DNA of 64,000 nt, from positions 1 to 64,000 of the forward strand of contig JAUCBJ010008603.1 in the NCBI GenBank assembly GCA_032718475.1. The letters run 5' to 3'. Below are positions 24,891 through 39,496 of the stretch, piece after piece; position 1 is the stretch's first letter; each line of letters opens with the position of its first letter. The notes under the pieces are model-generated. The model did not search any database. It was not told where the DNA came from and worked only from the letters and a program-made list of their open reading frames with translations. The DNA is from Nemertoderma westbladi. Taxonomy: Eukaryota > Animalia > Xenacoelomorpha. Both the position numbers and the translations under genes were made by a program.

Positions 24891-25043
24891 AAATGCTTAC
24901 TAATTTTTGAATGCTGTTTGGCAATCAGATCATGGGATTATGACTTTTGGCATCTACATCGAATTTTGAATGTATTGGGATGGTCTCCAGAAAATGTTAA
25001 AAAATGTTTACTTGTCGAACCACCTTAATTAGTCCATCATTTA

Positions 25044-25706
25044 TCAATCTCCTTGCCAACCAACATTCTGTCCGTGTTTTACATTATCCTCCTTCAGCCA
25101 GTCGTGTAGCGGCTTGAAGTATTTCAACATTCCGTCCGCCGATATCTTCCGGTTACCGGTAAACTTCTCCAGAACGTCGGGCCATGGTTTACTGCTGCCC
25201 ATCGCCAAGATCTCCTCGAACTTCTTTCCCGCCGGTTTGTTGTTGAAGAAGTCGCAGCGATGGAGTTCGTCAGTGTGGCCGGCTTTATCGCAGAGAGTCT
25301 CGTAGAACTGAAACTGAAGAACAAAGGAGAAGAAGTAGCGGATGTAGGGGACACCGGCGGGAACGTGGTACTTAGATCCCGCGTCGAAATCCTTATCGGT
25401 TCGTTTCACAGGGGGTTTTATTCCCTGGTACTTGGTCCGGAGTTGCCACCACTTTGTGTTGTAGAGTTCAGGTGGCGTCGATCCGTCAAACACGGACCAA
25501 CGCCACAGGTCTACGAGCATCCCAAAGGGGAGGAATGCCACTTTGTGTAGGGCTCTTTCCATAAGGTAGTTGATTGAGCTCTCTCGTGATTGGGTGTAGC
25601 TAGGCAACAGGCCGATGGTTTTCAGATGGTCCGGCGTTACCACACTCAGGGCTATTGTGTCGCCTACTGCCTCATGGAAGCCCGGATTTGCGCCGCCACG
25701 AAAAAC
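25044..25706 (-). CDS. ACE: Angiotensin-converting enzyme-like M2 peptidase, exon 6 (terminal). Model: complement join of 42322..42741,41556..41691,40859..41010,39248..39468,27936..28188,25044..25706, ~614 aa
   Basis: ttttcag|VFRGGANPGFHEAVGD..AFLPFG..WRWSVF..FDAGSKYHVP..YIRYF..QFQF..YFKPLHDWL; no C-terminal transmembrane segment. Confidence 0.95.
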   Translation of the reverse strand, partial: VFRGGANPGFHEAVGDTIALSVVTPDHLKTIGLLPSYTQSRESSINYLMERALHKVAFLPFGMLVDLWRWSVFDGSTPPELYNTKWWQLRTKYQGIKPPVKRTDKDFDAGSKYHVPAGVPYIRYFFSFVLQFQFYETLCDKAGHTDELHRCDFFNNKPAGKKFEEILAMGSSKPWPDVLEKFTGNRKISADGMLKYFKPLHDWLKEDNVKHGQNVGWQGD

Positions 25707-26269
25707 CTGAAAAAGATACGTAAACATTTAATGGACAAAAATGCAGCCATCGAGATTGTGCTGTGTGAAAGATTCACCTAATTTGCTCAGACCTACCCAA
25801 CCACCACTTGGGGTGTAAAGTACACCAATCACACTCATATTATTGAGGTCTGTAGGCCAAATAATACCTACAATCATCACACTACTACAGTACTATCGGT
25901 ATGGTGCATTGCAGCTGCATTATATATATATAATGCAGCTGCAATGCTGCATTATCATGGTTAGATTAATTAATAACAATTTTTTAACTTTATCTCATAC
26001 TATAAGCATAAATTTACCATCACTCCATCGGTAGACTGGTAGCTTATAATGTAGGATGGTTGAATTATCAAATGTAAACAGAGACTTGGTAATATATATG
26101 TGCATATTATAACCACCTATTGGACCTAACCTGCGCCAGGTTCGAACCCTACAATATATTTTTACCCAAGGTATCAATTTCAATACTTTGACACGGTCTA
26201 TTAACCCTTCGGCTCTTTCGACCTTTTGACACGCCAATTCGAGGTTTCGACCCTTTTGACCAGCAGAAA

Positions 26270-27900
26270 CGGATACTGTTTCTACTGCTGCCCTAAATAA
26301 TCGGACCTTGAGATTCCGTTTTTTTCTATGGGACTTCAAAATCCTGGAAAGTTTATCCAAGTTTATCCGTTCCCTTGCGTATTCCAAGGTCCTCACATGA
26401 CCTCCGGATCTATGATCCCAAGCGAACAAGATGTCCACATGCTCAAGCATACCATGTTTTGAGATTATGCTCATACGATCAGACAATTCCTGGGGGCTGT
26501 CGAAGATCTCTGTAAAAATTGTGTTCTTCTTTGTTTACAAAAAGACAAACTCAATATGCAGCCTTTTCTATTGAGCTGGAGAACAGTTTGGCTCCTTGTA
26601 GTTATTCTGACAGGACTCGTAAATCTATCAGCCAAGTCTAGATCGGTAAAAAGGTGCTTAGCTTGATTTCCTCTACCAGTAGGGGGCGTTACCATCACCC
26701 CACCTTTATTAACATGGTCTAAGGACATGCGTAGAACATAGTCAACCACAATTATGAATAAGAATGGTGCAAGAACACTCCCTTAAGACTTCGAATGGAT
26801 CTGTTTCACCATCAGCAGTAGACACAAGTGGTGGAACCTTCCTACAGTGTGATCTGATAGCTACAATAATTTCCTAGGAATCCCATATATCTCAAAAATT
26901 CCATTTTACCCTTCTGGAGGACAGTGAGGGGGTATACGATCTGCAAACACTCAGGAACTTTAAAATCCGCAGGGGGGGGATACCATCTAACGATCTACTC
27001 CAGTGGCACAATTGGTCATAATGCCTTCGGCAAAGGAGATATCAACGTGGGCCTTCCAACCTTTAGGCGTTCAGCTGGTTCCTCCCAGTCAGCATGGTGG
27101 TGATCGATCGACATTCCTGGGCTGATTGCCTGCTATCATCGGCATTGTTAATGACATCAACCTGCTTATTGATAAGCTGCTTCAGATTATCAGAGTATTC
27201 CTGAGGGACCTAGATGCTGCCTTAACTGCATTCTTGGCTGTCGTGTGCCCGAGTCGGCTGGACTAATTCTGCGCCTTAGAGAGAGAGGTCTTTTCGGCAC
27301 TTCCGAATTTTGTGGTCAGTCCAGGGGGCCCTTTTCCTGTTTCGAGGGTATACAGGAACTGTTTCTGCAGCTGCTAACTTAACTGCTTCTGTGAAGGCAG
27401 TGCCCGAGACGGCTGGACTAATTCTGCGCCTTAGAGAGAGAGGTCTTTTCGGCACTTCCGAATTTTGTGGTCAGTCCAGGGGGCCCTTTTCCTGTTTCGA
27501 GGGTATACAGGAACTGTTTCTGCAGCTGCTAACTTAACTGCTTCTGTGAAGGCAGTATAGCTCTCGCAGTGTTTGCCGCATCATCGACGAGAGCCTCATA
27601 CCTGTTGCTCAGATGTAGTGTAGAGCTGGATAACACTGGGCTGTTGCAACAGAGAGGACCAATCATGCTGTGGCAATCCAGGAAAGTTTAGAATGCATGC
27701 TGATCCACCCCATCAGTAGCTGCTTGTATATTGTGACAGAAATGTTCTACCTCCTCTACTGGGGCAACACTAGTTGGAGAATAGCACACAATCAGAACCC
27801 ACCTTAGGAAACTTCTTAGCCAGTCTTCCAGAACATGATGAGTGGCAACGGATGATGCTATTTTGTCCACTGCTGATGTATGTGCAGTTGGATTAATCAA
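26270..27900 (-). mobile_element. Degenerate RTE-like LINE remnant in ACE intron 5, with an internal ~155-bp tandem duplication (27245-27557)
   Basis: Minus-strand fragments VCYSPTS..EEVEHF (AP endonuclease-like), IVVDYVLR..DLDLAD (RT-like), KVRLFRAAVETV; many frameshifts. Confidence 0.65.
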
Positions 27901-27935
27901 TAGTCCACACCCACCCAATCTCCAATCACACTCAC

Positions 27936-28188
27936 CATAGGTTGGGGTCTGTAGGCCAAATAATACTGACAATGACCCATTTCGTGGTGGATTGTCTCTA
28001 AGTTCTTCTGATTAACGGATCCACACATCATTATCCTAACGTCTCCCTTTGCCGTTAGATCGAAGGCGGATGCATGGCAGACCATATCAACCCCTTCCGG
28101 TTTCTCCATTATCGTATAATTCCAGAACTCCGGGGTCATCTTAGGCATTCCTATAGACTGGTAGAACTCATCCGACAGTTCGAACATT
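27936..28188 (-). CDS. ACE: ACE-like exon 5 with intact HEMGH zinc motif
   Basis: caatag|A then MFELSDEFYQSIG..FW..VCHASAFDL..TIHHEMGHCQYYLAY..PM|gtgagt. Confidence 0.95.
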
Positions 28189-28209
28189 CTATTGGAGAAA
28201 ATGTTTCAG

Positions 28210-31200
28210 ATTTTTCAAACTTACTTGTGTATAGTTACCAAACTTACTTGTGTTCCGTAATCAAATTTGTGTACCGTTGACAAACTTACATGTGTAACCG
28301 GTACCAAACTTAATTGTGTACAGTAAACCAAATTTGTGTATCATTTGCAAACTTACTTGTGTACTGTATCTAAACTTGTGAACCGTTACCAAACTTACTT
28401 GTGTATAGTTACCAAACTTACTTGTGTATAGTTACCAAACTTACTTGTGTATAGTTACCAAACTTACTTATGTATAGTTACCAAACATTTACTTGTGTAC
28501 CGTAACCAAACTTACTTGTGTACCGTAACCAAACTTACTTGTGTACCGTTACCAAACTTACTTGTGTACCGTTACCAAACTTACTGTGTACCGTAACCAA
28601 ACTTACTTGTGTACCGTTGCGTTACCAAACTTACTTGTGCACCGTAACCAAACTTACTTGTGTACCGTAACCAAACTTACTTGTGTACCGTAACCAAACT
28701 TACTTGTGTACCGTAACCAAACTTACTTGTGAACCGTTACAAAACTTACTTGTGTATACCGTTACCAAACTTACTTGTGAACCGTTACCAAACTTACTTG
28801 TGTACCGTTACCAAACTTACTTGTGTACCGTTACCAAACTTACTTGTGAACCGTTACCAAACTTACTTGTGTATAGTTACCAAACTTACTTGTGTATAGT
28901 TACCAAATTTACTTGTGTATAGTTACCAAACTGACTTGTGTATAGTTACCAAACTTACTTGTGTATAGTTACCAAACTTACTTATGTATAGTTCCCAAAC
29001 TTTTACTTGTGTACCGTAACCAAACTTACTTGTGTATAGTTGCCAAACTTGTTTGTGTTCCGTAATCAAATTTGTGTACCGTTACCAAACTTACTTGTGT
29101 ACCGTAACCAAACTTACTTGTGTACCGTAACCAAACTTACTTGTGTACCGTTACCAAACTTACTTGTGTACCGTTACCAAACTTACTTGTGTACCGTTGC
29201 GTTACCAAACTTACTTGTGCACCGTTACCAAACTTACTTGTGTACCGTAACCAAACTTACTTGTGAACCGTTACCAAACTTACTTGTGCACCGTAACCAA
29301 ACTTACTTGTGTACCATTACCAAACTTACTTGTGTACCGTTACCAAACTTACTTGTGTACCGTTACCAAACTTACTTGTGTACCGTTACCAAACTTACTT
29401 GTGTACCGTTGCGTTACCAAACGTACTCGTGTACCATAACCAAACTTACTTGTGTACCGTAACCAAACTTACTTGTGCACCGTAACCAAACTTACTTGTG
29501 TACTGTAACCAAACTTACTTGTGTACCGTAACCAAACTTACTTGTGTACCGTAACCAAACTTACTTGTGTACCGTAACCAAACTTACTTGTGCACCGTAA
29601 CCAAACTTACTTGTGAACCGTTACCAAACTTACTTGTATACCGTAACCAAACTTACTTGTGTACCATTACCAAACGTACTCGTGTACCATAACCAAACTT
29701 ACTTGTGTACCGTAACCAAACTTACTTGTGTACCGTAACCAAACTTACTTGTGTACTGTAACCAAACTTACTTGTGTACCGTAACCAAACTTACTTGTGC
29801 ACCGTAACCAAACTTACTTGTGAACCGTTACCAAACTTACTTGTGTACCGTAACCAAACTTACTTGTGCACCGTAACCAAACTTACTTGTGAACCGTTAC
29901 CAAACTTACTTGTGCACCGTAACCAAACTTACTTGTGTACCATTACCAAACTTACTTGTGTACCGTAACCAAACTTACTTGTGTACTGTAACCAAACTTA
30001 CTTGTGTACCGTAACCAAACTTACTTGTGCACCGTAACCAAACTTACTTGTGAACCGTAACCAAACTTACTTGTGCACCGTAACCAAACTTACTTGTGAA
30101 CCGTTACCAAACTTACTTGTGTACCGTAACCAAACTTACTTGTATACCGTAACCAAACTTACTTGTGTACCATTACCAAACGTACTCGTGTACCATAACC
30201 AAACTTACTTGTGTACCGTAACCAAACTTACTTGTGTACCGTAACCAAACTTACTTGTGTACTGTAACCAAACTTACTTGTGTACCGTAACCAAACTTAC
30301 TTGTGCACCGTAACCAAACTTACTTGTGAACCGTTACCAAACTTACTTGTGTACCGTAACCAAACTTACTTGTGCACCGTAACCAAACTTACTTGTGAAC
30401 CGTTACCAAACTTACTTGTGTACCGTAACCAAACTTACTTGTGCACCGTAACCAAACTTACTTGTGAACCGTTACCAAACTTACTTGTGTACCGTAACCA
30501 AACTTAATTGTATACCGTAACCAAACTTACTTGTGTACCATTACCAAACGTACTCGTGTACCATAACCAAACTTACTTGTGTACCGTAACCAAACTTACT
30601 TGTGTACCGTAACCAAACTTACTTGTGTACTGTAACCAAACTTACTTGTGTACCGTAACCAAACTTACTTGTGCACCGTAACCAAACTTACTTGTGAACC
30701 GTTACCAAACTTACTTGTGTACCGTAACCAAACTTACTTGTGCACCGTAACCAAACTTACTTGTGAACCGTTACCAAACTTACTTGTGCACCGTAACCAA
30801 ACTTACTTGTGTACCATTACCAAACTTACTTGTGCACCGTTACCAAACTTACTTGTGTACCGTTACCAAACTTACTTGTGTACCGTTACCAAACTTACTT
30901 GTGTACCGTTGCGTTACGAAACTTACTTGTGCACTGTAACCAAACTTACTTGTGCACCGTAACCAAACTTACTTGTGAACCGTTACCAAACTTACTTGTG
31001 CACCGTAACCAAACTTACTTGTGCACTGTAACCAAACTTACTTGTGCACCGTAACCAAACTTACTTGTGAACCGTTACCAAACTTACTTGTGCACCGTAA
31101 CCAAACTTACTTGTGTACCATTACCAAACTTACTTGTGCACCGTTACCAAACTTACTTGTGTACCGTTACCAAACTTACTTGTGCACCGTTACCAAACTT

Positions 31201-34200
31201 ACTTGTGCACCGTTACCAAACTTACTTGCGTACCGTTACCAAACTTACTTGTGTACCAAAACCAAACTTACTTGTGTACCGTTGCGTTACCAAACGTACT
31301 TGTGTACCGTAACCAAACTTACTTGTGCACCGTAACCAAACTTACTTGTGAACCGTTACCAAACTTACTTGTATACCGTAACCAAACTTACTTGTGTACC
31401 ATTACCAAACGTACTCGTGTACCATAACCAAACTTACTTGTGTACCGTAACCAAACTTACTTGTGTACCATTACCAAACGTACTCGTGTACCATAACCAA
31501 ACTTACTTGTGTACCGTAACCAAACTTACTTGTGTACCGTAACCAAACTTACTTGTGTACTGTAACCAAACTTACTTGTGTACCGTAACCAAACTTACTT
31601 GTGCACCGTAACCAAACTTACTTGTGAACCGTTACCAAACTTACTTGTGAACCGTTACCAAACTTACTTGTGCACCGTAACCAAACTTACTTGTGTACCA
31701 TTACCAAACTTACTTGTGTACCGTTACCAAACTTACTTGTGTACCGTTACCAAACTTACTTGTGTACCGTTACCAAACTTACTTGTGTACCGTTGCGTTA
31801 CCAAACGTACTCGTGTACCATAACCAAACTTACTTGTGTACCGTAACCAAACTTACTTGTGCACCGTAACCAAACTTACTTGTGTACTGTAACCAAACTT
31901 ACTTGTGTACCGTAACCAAACTTACTTGTGTACCGTAACCAAACTTACTTGTGTACCGTAACCAAACTTACTTGTGCACCGTAACCAAACTTACTTGTGA
32001 ACCGTTACCAAACTTACTTGTATACCGTAACCAAACTTACTTGTGTACCATTACCAAACGTACTCGTGTACCATAACCAAACTTACTTGTGTACCGTAAC
32101 CAAACTTACTTGTGTACCGTAACCAAACTTACTTGTGTACTGTAACCAAACTTACTTGTGTACCGTAACCAAACTTACTTGTGCACCGTAACCAAACTTA
32201 CTTGTGAACCGTTACCAAACTTACTTGTGTACCGTAACCAAACTTACTTGTGCACCGTAACCAAACTTACTTGTGAACCGTTACCAAACTTACTTGTGCA
32301 CCGTAACCAAACTTACTTGTGTACCATTACCAAACTTACTTGTGTACCGTAACCAAACTTACTTGTGTACTGTAACCAAACTTACTTGTGTACCGTAACC
32401 AAACTTACTTGTGCACCGTAACCAAACTTACTTGTGAACCGTAACCAAACTTACTTGTGCACCGTAACCAAACTTACTTGTGAACCGTTACCAAACTTAC
32501 TTGTGTACCGTAACCAAACTTACTTGTATACCGTAACCAAACTTACTTGTGTACCATTACCAAACGTACTCGTGTACCATAACCAAACTTACTTGTGTAC
32601 CGTAACCAAACTTACTTGTGTACCGTAACCAAACTTACTTGTGTACTGTAACCAAACTTACTTGTGTACCGTAACCAAACTTACTTGTGCACCGTAACCA
32701 AACTTACTTGTGAACCGTTACCAAACTTACTTGTGTACCGTAACCAAACTTACTTGTGCACCGTAACCAAACTTACTTGTGAACCGTTACCAAACTTACT
32801 TGTGTACCGTAACCAAACTTACTTGTGCACCGTAACCAAACTTACTTGTGAACCGTTACCAAACTTACTTGTGTACCGTAACCAAACTTAATTGTATACC
32901 GTAACCAAACTTACTTGTGTACCATTACCAAACGTACTCGTGTACCATAACCAAACTTACTTGTGTACCGTAACCAAACTTACTTGTGTACCGTAACCAA
33001 ACTTACTTGTGTACTGTAACCAAACTTACTTGTGTACCGTAACCAAACTTACTTGTGCACCGTAACCAAACTTACTTGTGAACCGTTACCAAACTTACTT
33101 GTGTACCGTAACCAAACTTACTTGTGCACCGTAACCAAACTTACTTGTGCACCGTAACCAAACTTACTTGTGTACCATTACCAAACTTACTTGTGCACCG
33201 TTACCAAACTTACTTGTGTACCGTTACCAAACTTACTTGTGTACCGTTACCAAACTTACTTGTGTACCGTTGCGTTACGAAACTTACTTGTGCACTGTAA
33301 CCAAACTTACTTGTGCACCGTAACCAAACTTACTTGTGAACCGTTACCAAACTTACTTGTGCACCGTAACCAAACTTACTTGTGCACTGTAACCAAACTT
33401 ACTTGTGCACCGTAACCAAACTTACTTGTGAACCGTTACCAAACTTACTTGTGCACCGTAACCAAACTTACTTGTGTACCATTACCAAACTTACTTGTGC
33501 ACCGTTACCAAACTTACTTGTGTACCGTTACCAAACTTACTTGTGCACCGTTACCAAACTTACTTGTGCACCGTTACCAAACTTACTTGCGTACCGTTAC
33601 CAAACTTACTTGTGTACCAAAACCAAACTTACTTGTGTACCGTTGCGTTACCAAACGTACTTGTGTACCGTAACCAAACTTACTTGTGCACCGTAACCAA
33701 ACTTACTTGTGAACCGTTACCAAACTTACTTGTATACCGTAACCAAACTTACTTGTGTACCATTACCAAACGTACTCGTGTACCATAACCAAACTTACTT
33801 GTGTACCGTAACCAAACTTACTTGTGTACCGTAACCAAACTTACTTGTGTACTGTAACCAAACTTACTTGTGTACCGTAACCAAACTTACTTGTGTACCA
33901 TTACCAAACGTACTCGTGTACCATAACCAAACTTACTTGTGTACCGTAACCAAACTTACTTGTGTACCGTAACCAAACTTACTTGTGTACTGTAACCAAA
34001 CTTACTTGTGTACCGTAACCAAACTTACTTGTGCACCGTAACCAAACTTACTTGTGAACCGTTACCAAACTTACTTGTGAACCGTTACCAAACTTACTTG
34101 TGCACCGTAACCAAACTTACTTGTGTACCATTACCAAACTTACTTGTGTACCGTTACCAAACTTACTTGTGTACCGTTACCAAACTTACTTGTGTACCGT

Positions 34201-37200
34201 TACCAAACTTACTTGTGTACCGTTGCGTTACCAAACGTACTCGTGTACCATAACCAAACTTACTTGTGTACCGTAACCAAACTTACTTGTGCACCGTAAC
34301 CAAACTTACTTGTGTACTGTAACCAAACTTACTTGTGTACCGTAACCAAACTTACTTGTGTACCGTAACCAAACTTACTTGTGTACCGTAACCAAACTTA
34401 CTTGTGCACCGTAACCAAACTTACTTGTGAACCGTTACCAAACTTACTTGTATACCGTAACCAAACTTACTTGTGTACCATTACCAAACGTACTCGTGTA
34501 CCATAACCAAACTTACTTGTGTACCGTAACCAAACTTACTTGTGTACCGTAACCAAACTTACTTGTGTACTGTAACCAAACTTACTTGTGTACCGTAACC
34601 AAACTTACTTGTGCACCGTAACCAAACTTACTTGTGAACCGTTACCAAACTTACTTGTGTACCGTAACCAAACTTACTTGTGCACCGTAACCAAACTTAC
34701 TTGTGAACCGTTACCAAACTTACTTGTGCACCGTAACCAAACTTACTTGTGTACCATTACCAAACTTACTTGTGTACCGTAACCAAACTTACTTGTGTAC
34801 TGTAACCAAACTTACTTGTGTACCGTAACCAAACTTACTTGTGCACCGTAACCAAACTTACTTGTGAACCGTAACCAAACTTACTTGTGCACCGTAACCA
34901 AACTTACTTGTGAACCGTTACCAAACTTACTTGTGTACCGTAACCAAACTTACTTGTATACCGTAACCAAACTTACTTGTGTACCATTACCAAACGTACT
35001 CGTGTACCATAACCAAACTTACTTGTGTACCGTAACCAAACTTACTTGTGTACCGTAACCAAACTTACTTGTGTACTGTAACCAAACTTACTTGTGTACC
35101 GTAACCAAACTTACTTGTGCACCGTAACCAAACTTACTTGTGAACCGTTACCAAACTTACTTGTGTACCGTAACCAAACTTACTTGTGCACCGTAACCAA
35201 ACTTACTTGTGAACCGTTACCAAACTTACTTGTGTACCGTAACCAAACTTACTTGTGCACCGTAACCAAACTTACTTGTGAACCGTTACCAAACTTACTT
35301 GTGTACCGTAACCAAACTTAATTGTATACCGTAACCAAACTTACTTGTGTACCATTACCAAACGTACTCGTGTACCATAACCAAACTTACTTGTGTACCG
35401 TAACCAAACTTACTTGTGTACCGTAACCAAACTTACTTGTGTACTGTAACCAAACTTACTTGTGTACCGTAACCAAACTTACTTGTGCACCGTAACCAAA
35501 CTTACTTGTGAACCGTTACCAAACTTACTTGTGTACCGTAACCAAACTTACTTGTGCACCGAAACCAAACTTACTTGTGCACCGTAACCAAACTTACTTG
35601 TGTACCATTACCAAACTTACTTGTGCACCGTTACCAAACTTACTTGTGTACCGTTACCAAACTTACTTGTGTACCGTTACCAAACTTACTTGTGTACCGT
35701 TGCGTTACGAAACTTACTTGTGCACTGTAACCAAACTTACTTGTGCACCGTAACCAAACTTACTTGTGAACCGTTACCAAACTTACTTGTGCACCGTAAC
35801 CAAACTTACTTGTGCACTGTAACCAAACTTACTTGTGCACCGTAACCAAACTTACTTGTGAACCGTTACCAAACTTACTTGTGCACCGTAACCAAACTTA
35901 CTTGTGTACCATTACCAAACTTACTTGTGCACCGTTACCAAACTTACTTGTGTACCGTTACCAAACTTACTTGTGCACCGTTACCAAACTTACTTGTGCA
36001 CCGTTACCAAACTTACTTGCGTACCGTTACCAAACTTACTTGTGTACCAAAACCAAACTTACTTGTGTACCGTTGCGTTACCAAACGTACTTGTGTACCG
36101 TAACCAAACTTACTTGTGCACCGTAACCAAACTTACTTGTGAACCGTTACCAAACTTACTTGTATACCGTAACCAAACTTACTTGTGTACCATTACCAAA
36201 CGTACTCGTGTACCATAACCAAACTTACTTGTGTACCGTAACCAAACTTACTTGTGTACCGTAACCAAACTTACTTGTGTACTGTAACCAAACTTACTTG
36301 TGTACCGTAACCAAACTTACTTGTGCACCGTAACCAAACTTACTTGTGAACCGTTACCAAACTTACTTGTGTACCGTAACCAAACTTACTTGTGCACCGT
36401 AACCAAACTTACTTGTGAACCGTTACCAAACTTACTTGTGCACCGTAACCAAACTTACTTGTGTACCATTACCAAACTTACTTGTGCACCGTTACCAAAC
36501 TTACTTGTGTACCGTTACCAAACTTACTTGTGAACCGTTACCAAACTTACTTGTGTACCGTTGCGTTACGAAACTTACTTGTGCACTGTAACCAAACTTA
36601 CTTGTGTACCGTTGCGTTACGAAACTTACTTGAGTACTGTAACCAAACTTACTTGTGTACCGTAACCAAACTTACTTGTGCACCGTAACCAAACTTACTT
36701 GTGCACCGTAACCAAACTTACTTGTGTACCGTTACCAAACTTACTTGTGTACCGTTACCAAACTTACTTGTGTACCGTAACCAAACTTACTTGTGCACCG
36801 TAACCAAACGTACTCGTGTACCATAACCAAACTTACTTGTGTACCGTAACCAAACTTACTTGTGTACCGTAACCAAACTTACTTGTGTACTGTAACCAAA
36901 CTTACTTGTGTACCGTAACCAAACTTACTTGTGCACCGTAACCAAACTTACTTGTGAACCGTTACCAAACTTACTTGTGTACCGTAACCAAACTTACTTG
37001 TGCACCGTAACCAAACTTACTTGTGAACCGTTACCAAACTTACTTGTGCACCGTAACCAAACTTACTTGTGTACCATTACCAAACTAACTTGTGCACCGT
37101 TACCAAACTTACTTGTGTACCGTTACCAAACTTACTTGTGAACCGTTACCAAACTTACTTGTGTACCGTTGCGTTACGAAACTTACTTGTGCACTGTAAC

Positions 37201-39257
37201 CAAACTTACTTGTGTACCGTTGCGTTACGAAACTTACTTGAGTACTGTAACCAAACTTACTTGTGTACCGTAACCAAACTTACTTGTGCACCGTAACCAA
37301 ACTTACTTGTGCACTGTAACCAAACTTACTTGTGCACCGTAACCAAACTTACTTGTGAACCGTTACCAAACTTACTTGTGCACCGTAACCAAACTTACTT
37401 GTGTACCATTACCAAACTTACTTGTGCACCGTTACCAAACTTACTTGTGTACCGTTACCAAACTTACTTGTGCACCGTTACCAAACTTACTTGTGCACCG
37501 TTACCAAACTTACTTGCGTACCGTTACCAAACTTACTTGTGTACCAAAACCAAACTTACTTGTGTACCGTTGCGTTACCAAACGTACTTGTGTACCGTAA
37601 CCAAACTTACTTGTGCACCGTAACCAAACTTACTTGTGAACCGTTACCAAACTTACTTGTATACCGTAACCAAACTTACTTGTGTACCATTACCAAACGT
37701 ACTCGTGTACCATAACCAAACTTACTTGTGTACCGTAACCAAACTTACTTGTGTACCGTAACCAAACTTACTTGTGTACTGTAACCAAACTTACTTGTGT
37801 ACCGTAACCAAACTTACTTGTGCACCGTAACCAAACTTACTTGTGAACCGTTACCAAACTTACTTGTGTACCGTAACCAAACTTACTTGTGCACCGTAAC
37901 CAAACTTACTTGTGAACCGTTACCAAACTTACTTGTGCACCGTAACCAAACTTACTTGTGTACCATTACCAAACTTACTTGTGCACCGTTACCAAACTTA
38001 CTTGTGTACCGTTACCAAACTTACTTGTGAACCGTTACCAAACTTACTTGTGTACCGTTGCGTTACGAAACTTACTTGTGCACTGTAACCAAACTTACTT
38101 GTGTACCGTTGCGTTACGAAACTTACTTGAGTACTGTAACCAAACTTACTTGTGTACCGTAACCAAACTTACTTGTGCACCGTAACCAAACTTACTTGTG
38201 CACCGTAACCAAACTTACTTGTGTACCATTACCAAACTTACTTGTGCACCGTTACCAAACTTACTTGTGTACCGTTACCAAACTTACTTGTGTACCGTTA
38301 CCAAACTTACTTGTGTACCGTAACCAAACTTACTTGTGCACCGTAACCAAACTTACTTGTGAACCGTTACCAAACTTACTTGTGCACCGTAACCAAACTT
38401 ACTTGTGCACTGTAACCAAACTTACTTGTGCACCGTAACCAAACTTACTTGTGAACCGTTACCAAACTTACTTGTGCACCGTAACCAAACTTACTTGTGT
38501 ACCATTACCAAACTTACTTGTGCACCGTTACCAAACTTACTTGTGTACCGTTACCAAACTTACTTGTGCACCGTTACCAAACTTACTTGTGCACCGTTAC
38601 CAAACTTACTTGCGTACCGTTACCAAACTTACTTGTGTACCAAAACCAAACTTACTTGTGTACCGTTGCGTTACCAAACGTACTTGTGTACCATAACCAA
38701 ACTTACTTGTGTACCGTTGCGTTACCAAACTTACTTGTGCACCGTTACCAAACTTACTTGTGTACCGTTACCAAACTTACTTGTGTACCAAAACCAAACT
38801 TACTTGTGTACCGTTGCGTTACCAAACGTACTTGTGTACCATAACCAAACTTACTTGTGTACCGTTGCGTTACCAAACTTACTTGTGCACCGTTACCAAA
38901 CTTACTTGCGTACCGTTACCAAACTTACTTGTGTACCAAAACCAAACTTACTTGTGTACCGTTGCGTTACCAAACGTACTTGTGTACCATAACCAAACTT
39001 ACTTGTGTACCGTTGCGTTACCAAACGTACTTGTGTACCATAACCAAACTTACTTGTGTACCGTTGCGTTACCAAACTTACTTGTGCACCGTTACCAAAC
39101 TTACTTGTGTACCGTTACCAAACTTACTTGTGTACCATAACCAAACTTACTTGTGTACCGTTGCGTTACCAAACTTACTTGTGCACCGTTACCAAACTTA
39201 CTTGTGCACCGTAACCAAACTTACTTGTGCACTGTAACCAAACTTACTTGTGTACCG
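28210..39257 (-). repeat. ~11-kb 23-bp minisatellite (~480 copies) filling ACE intron 4; unit copies the exon end plus donor
   Basis: Plus unit ACCGT(A/T)ACCAAACTTACTTGTG(T/C/A) equals minus ACGGTACACAA|GTAAGTTTGGT(T/A); exon 4 ends ..ACGGTACACAA|gtaagt. Confidence 0.98.
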
Positions 39258-39468
39258 TGTAGCCTTGCTTTACTAGTTCGTCTGTAACATCTATTTCCGC
39301 GGCATCGGGATATGGTTTAACGATGTCCATTATCCCCCACTGTTGGGCCCACAAGTTGCCGAGTAGATGTGCCGGTATGAGGCCGTCATCCCCAATATTG
39401 GTGCAGCCGGAATCGTCACCAAAGTTGTTGTCCTCTTTGAGTTTACGTCGAACATACGCATGGAGTTG
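39248..39468 (-). CDS. ACE: ACE-like exon 4
   Basis: gtttag|QLHAYVRRKL..GLIPAHLLGNLWAQQW..KPYPD..DVTDELVKQGYTVH AA|gtaagt. Confidence 0.95.
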
Positions 39469-39496
39469 CTAAACGGTATGAAAAAGAAGAGATTTC

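Larger units (their letters stand above)
22925..25024. mobile_element. Non-autonomous DNA transposon with ~85-bp imperfect TIRs (possibly Kolobok-like)
   Basis: TGGTTCGACAAGTAAACATTT..TTCAAAATTCGATGTAGAT at left versus ATCTACATCGAATTTTGAA..AAATGTTTACTTGTCGAACCACC|TTAA at right. TTAA only at the right end, so superfamily is tentative. Confidence 0.65.
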
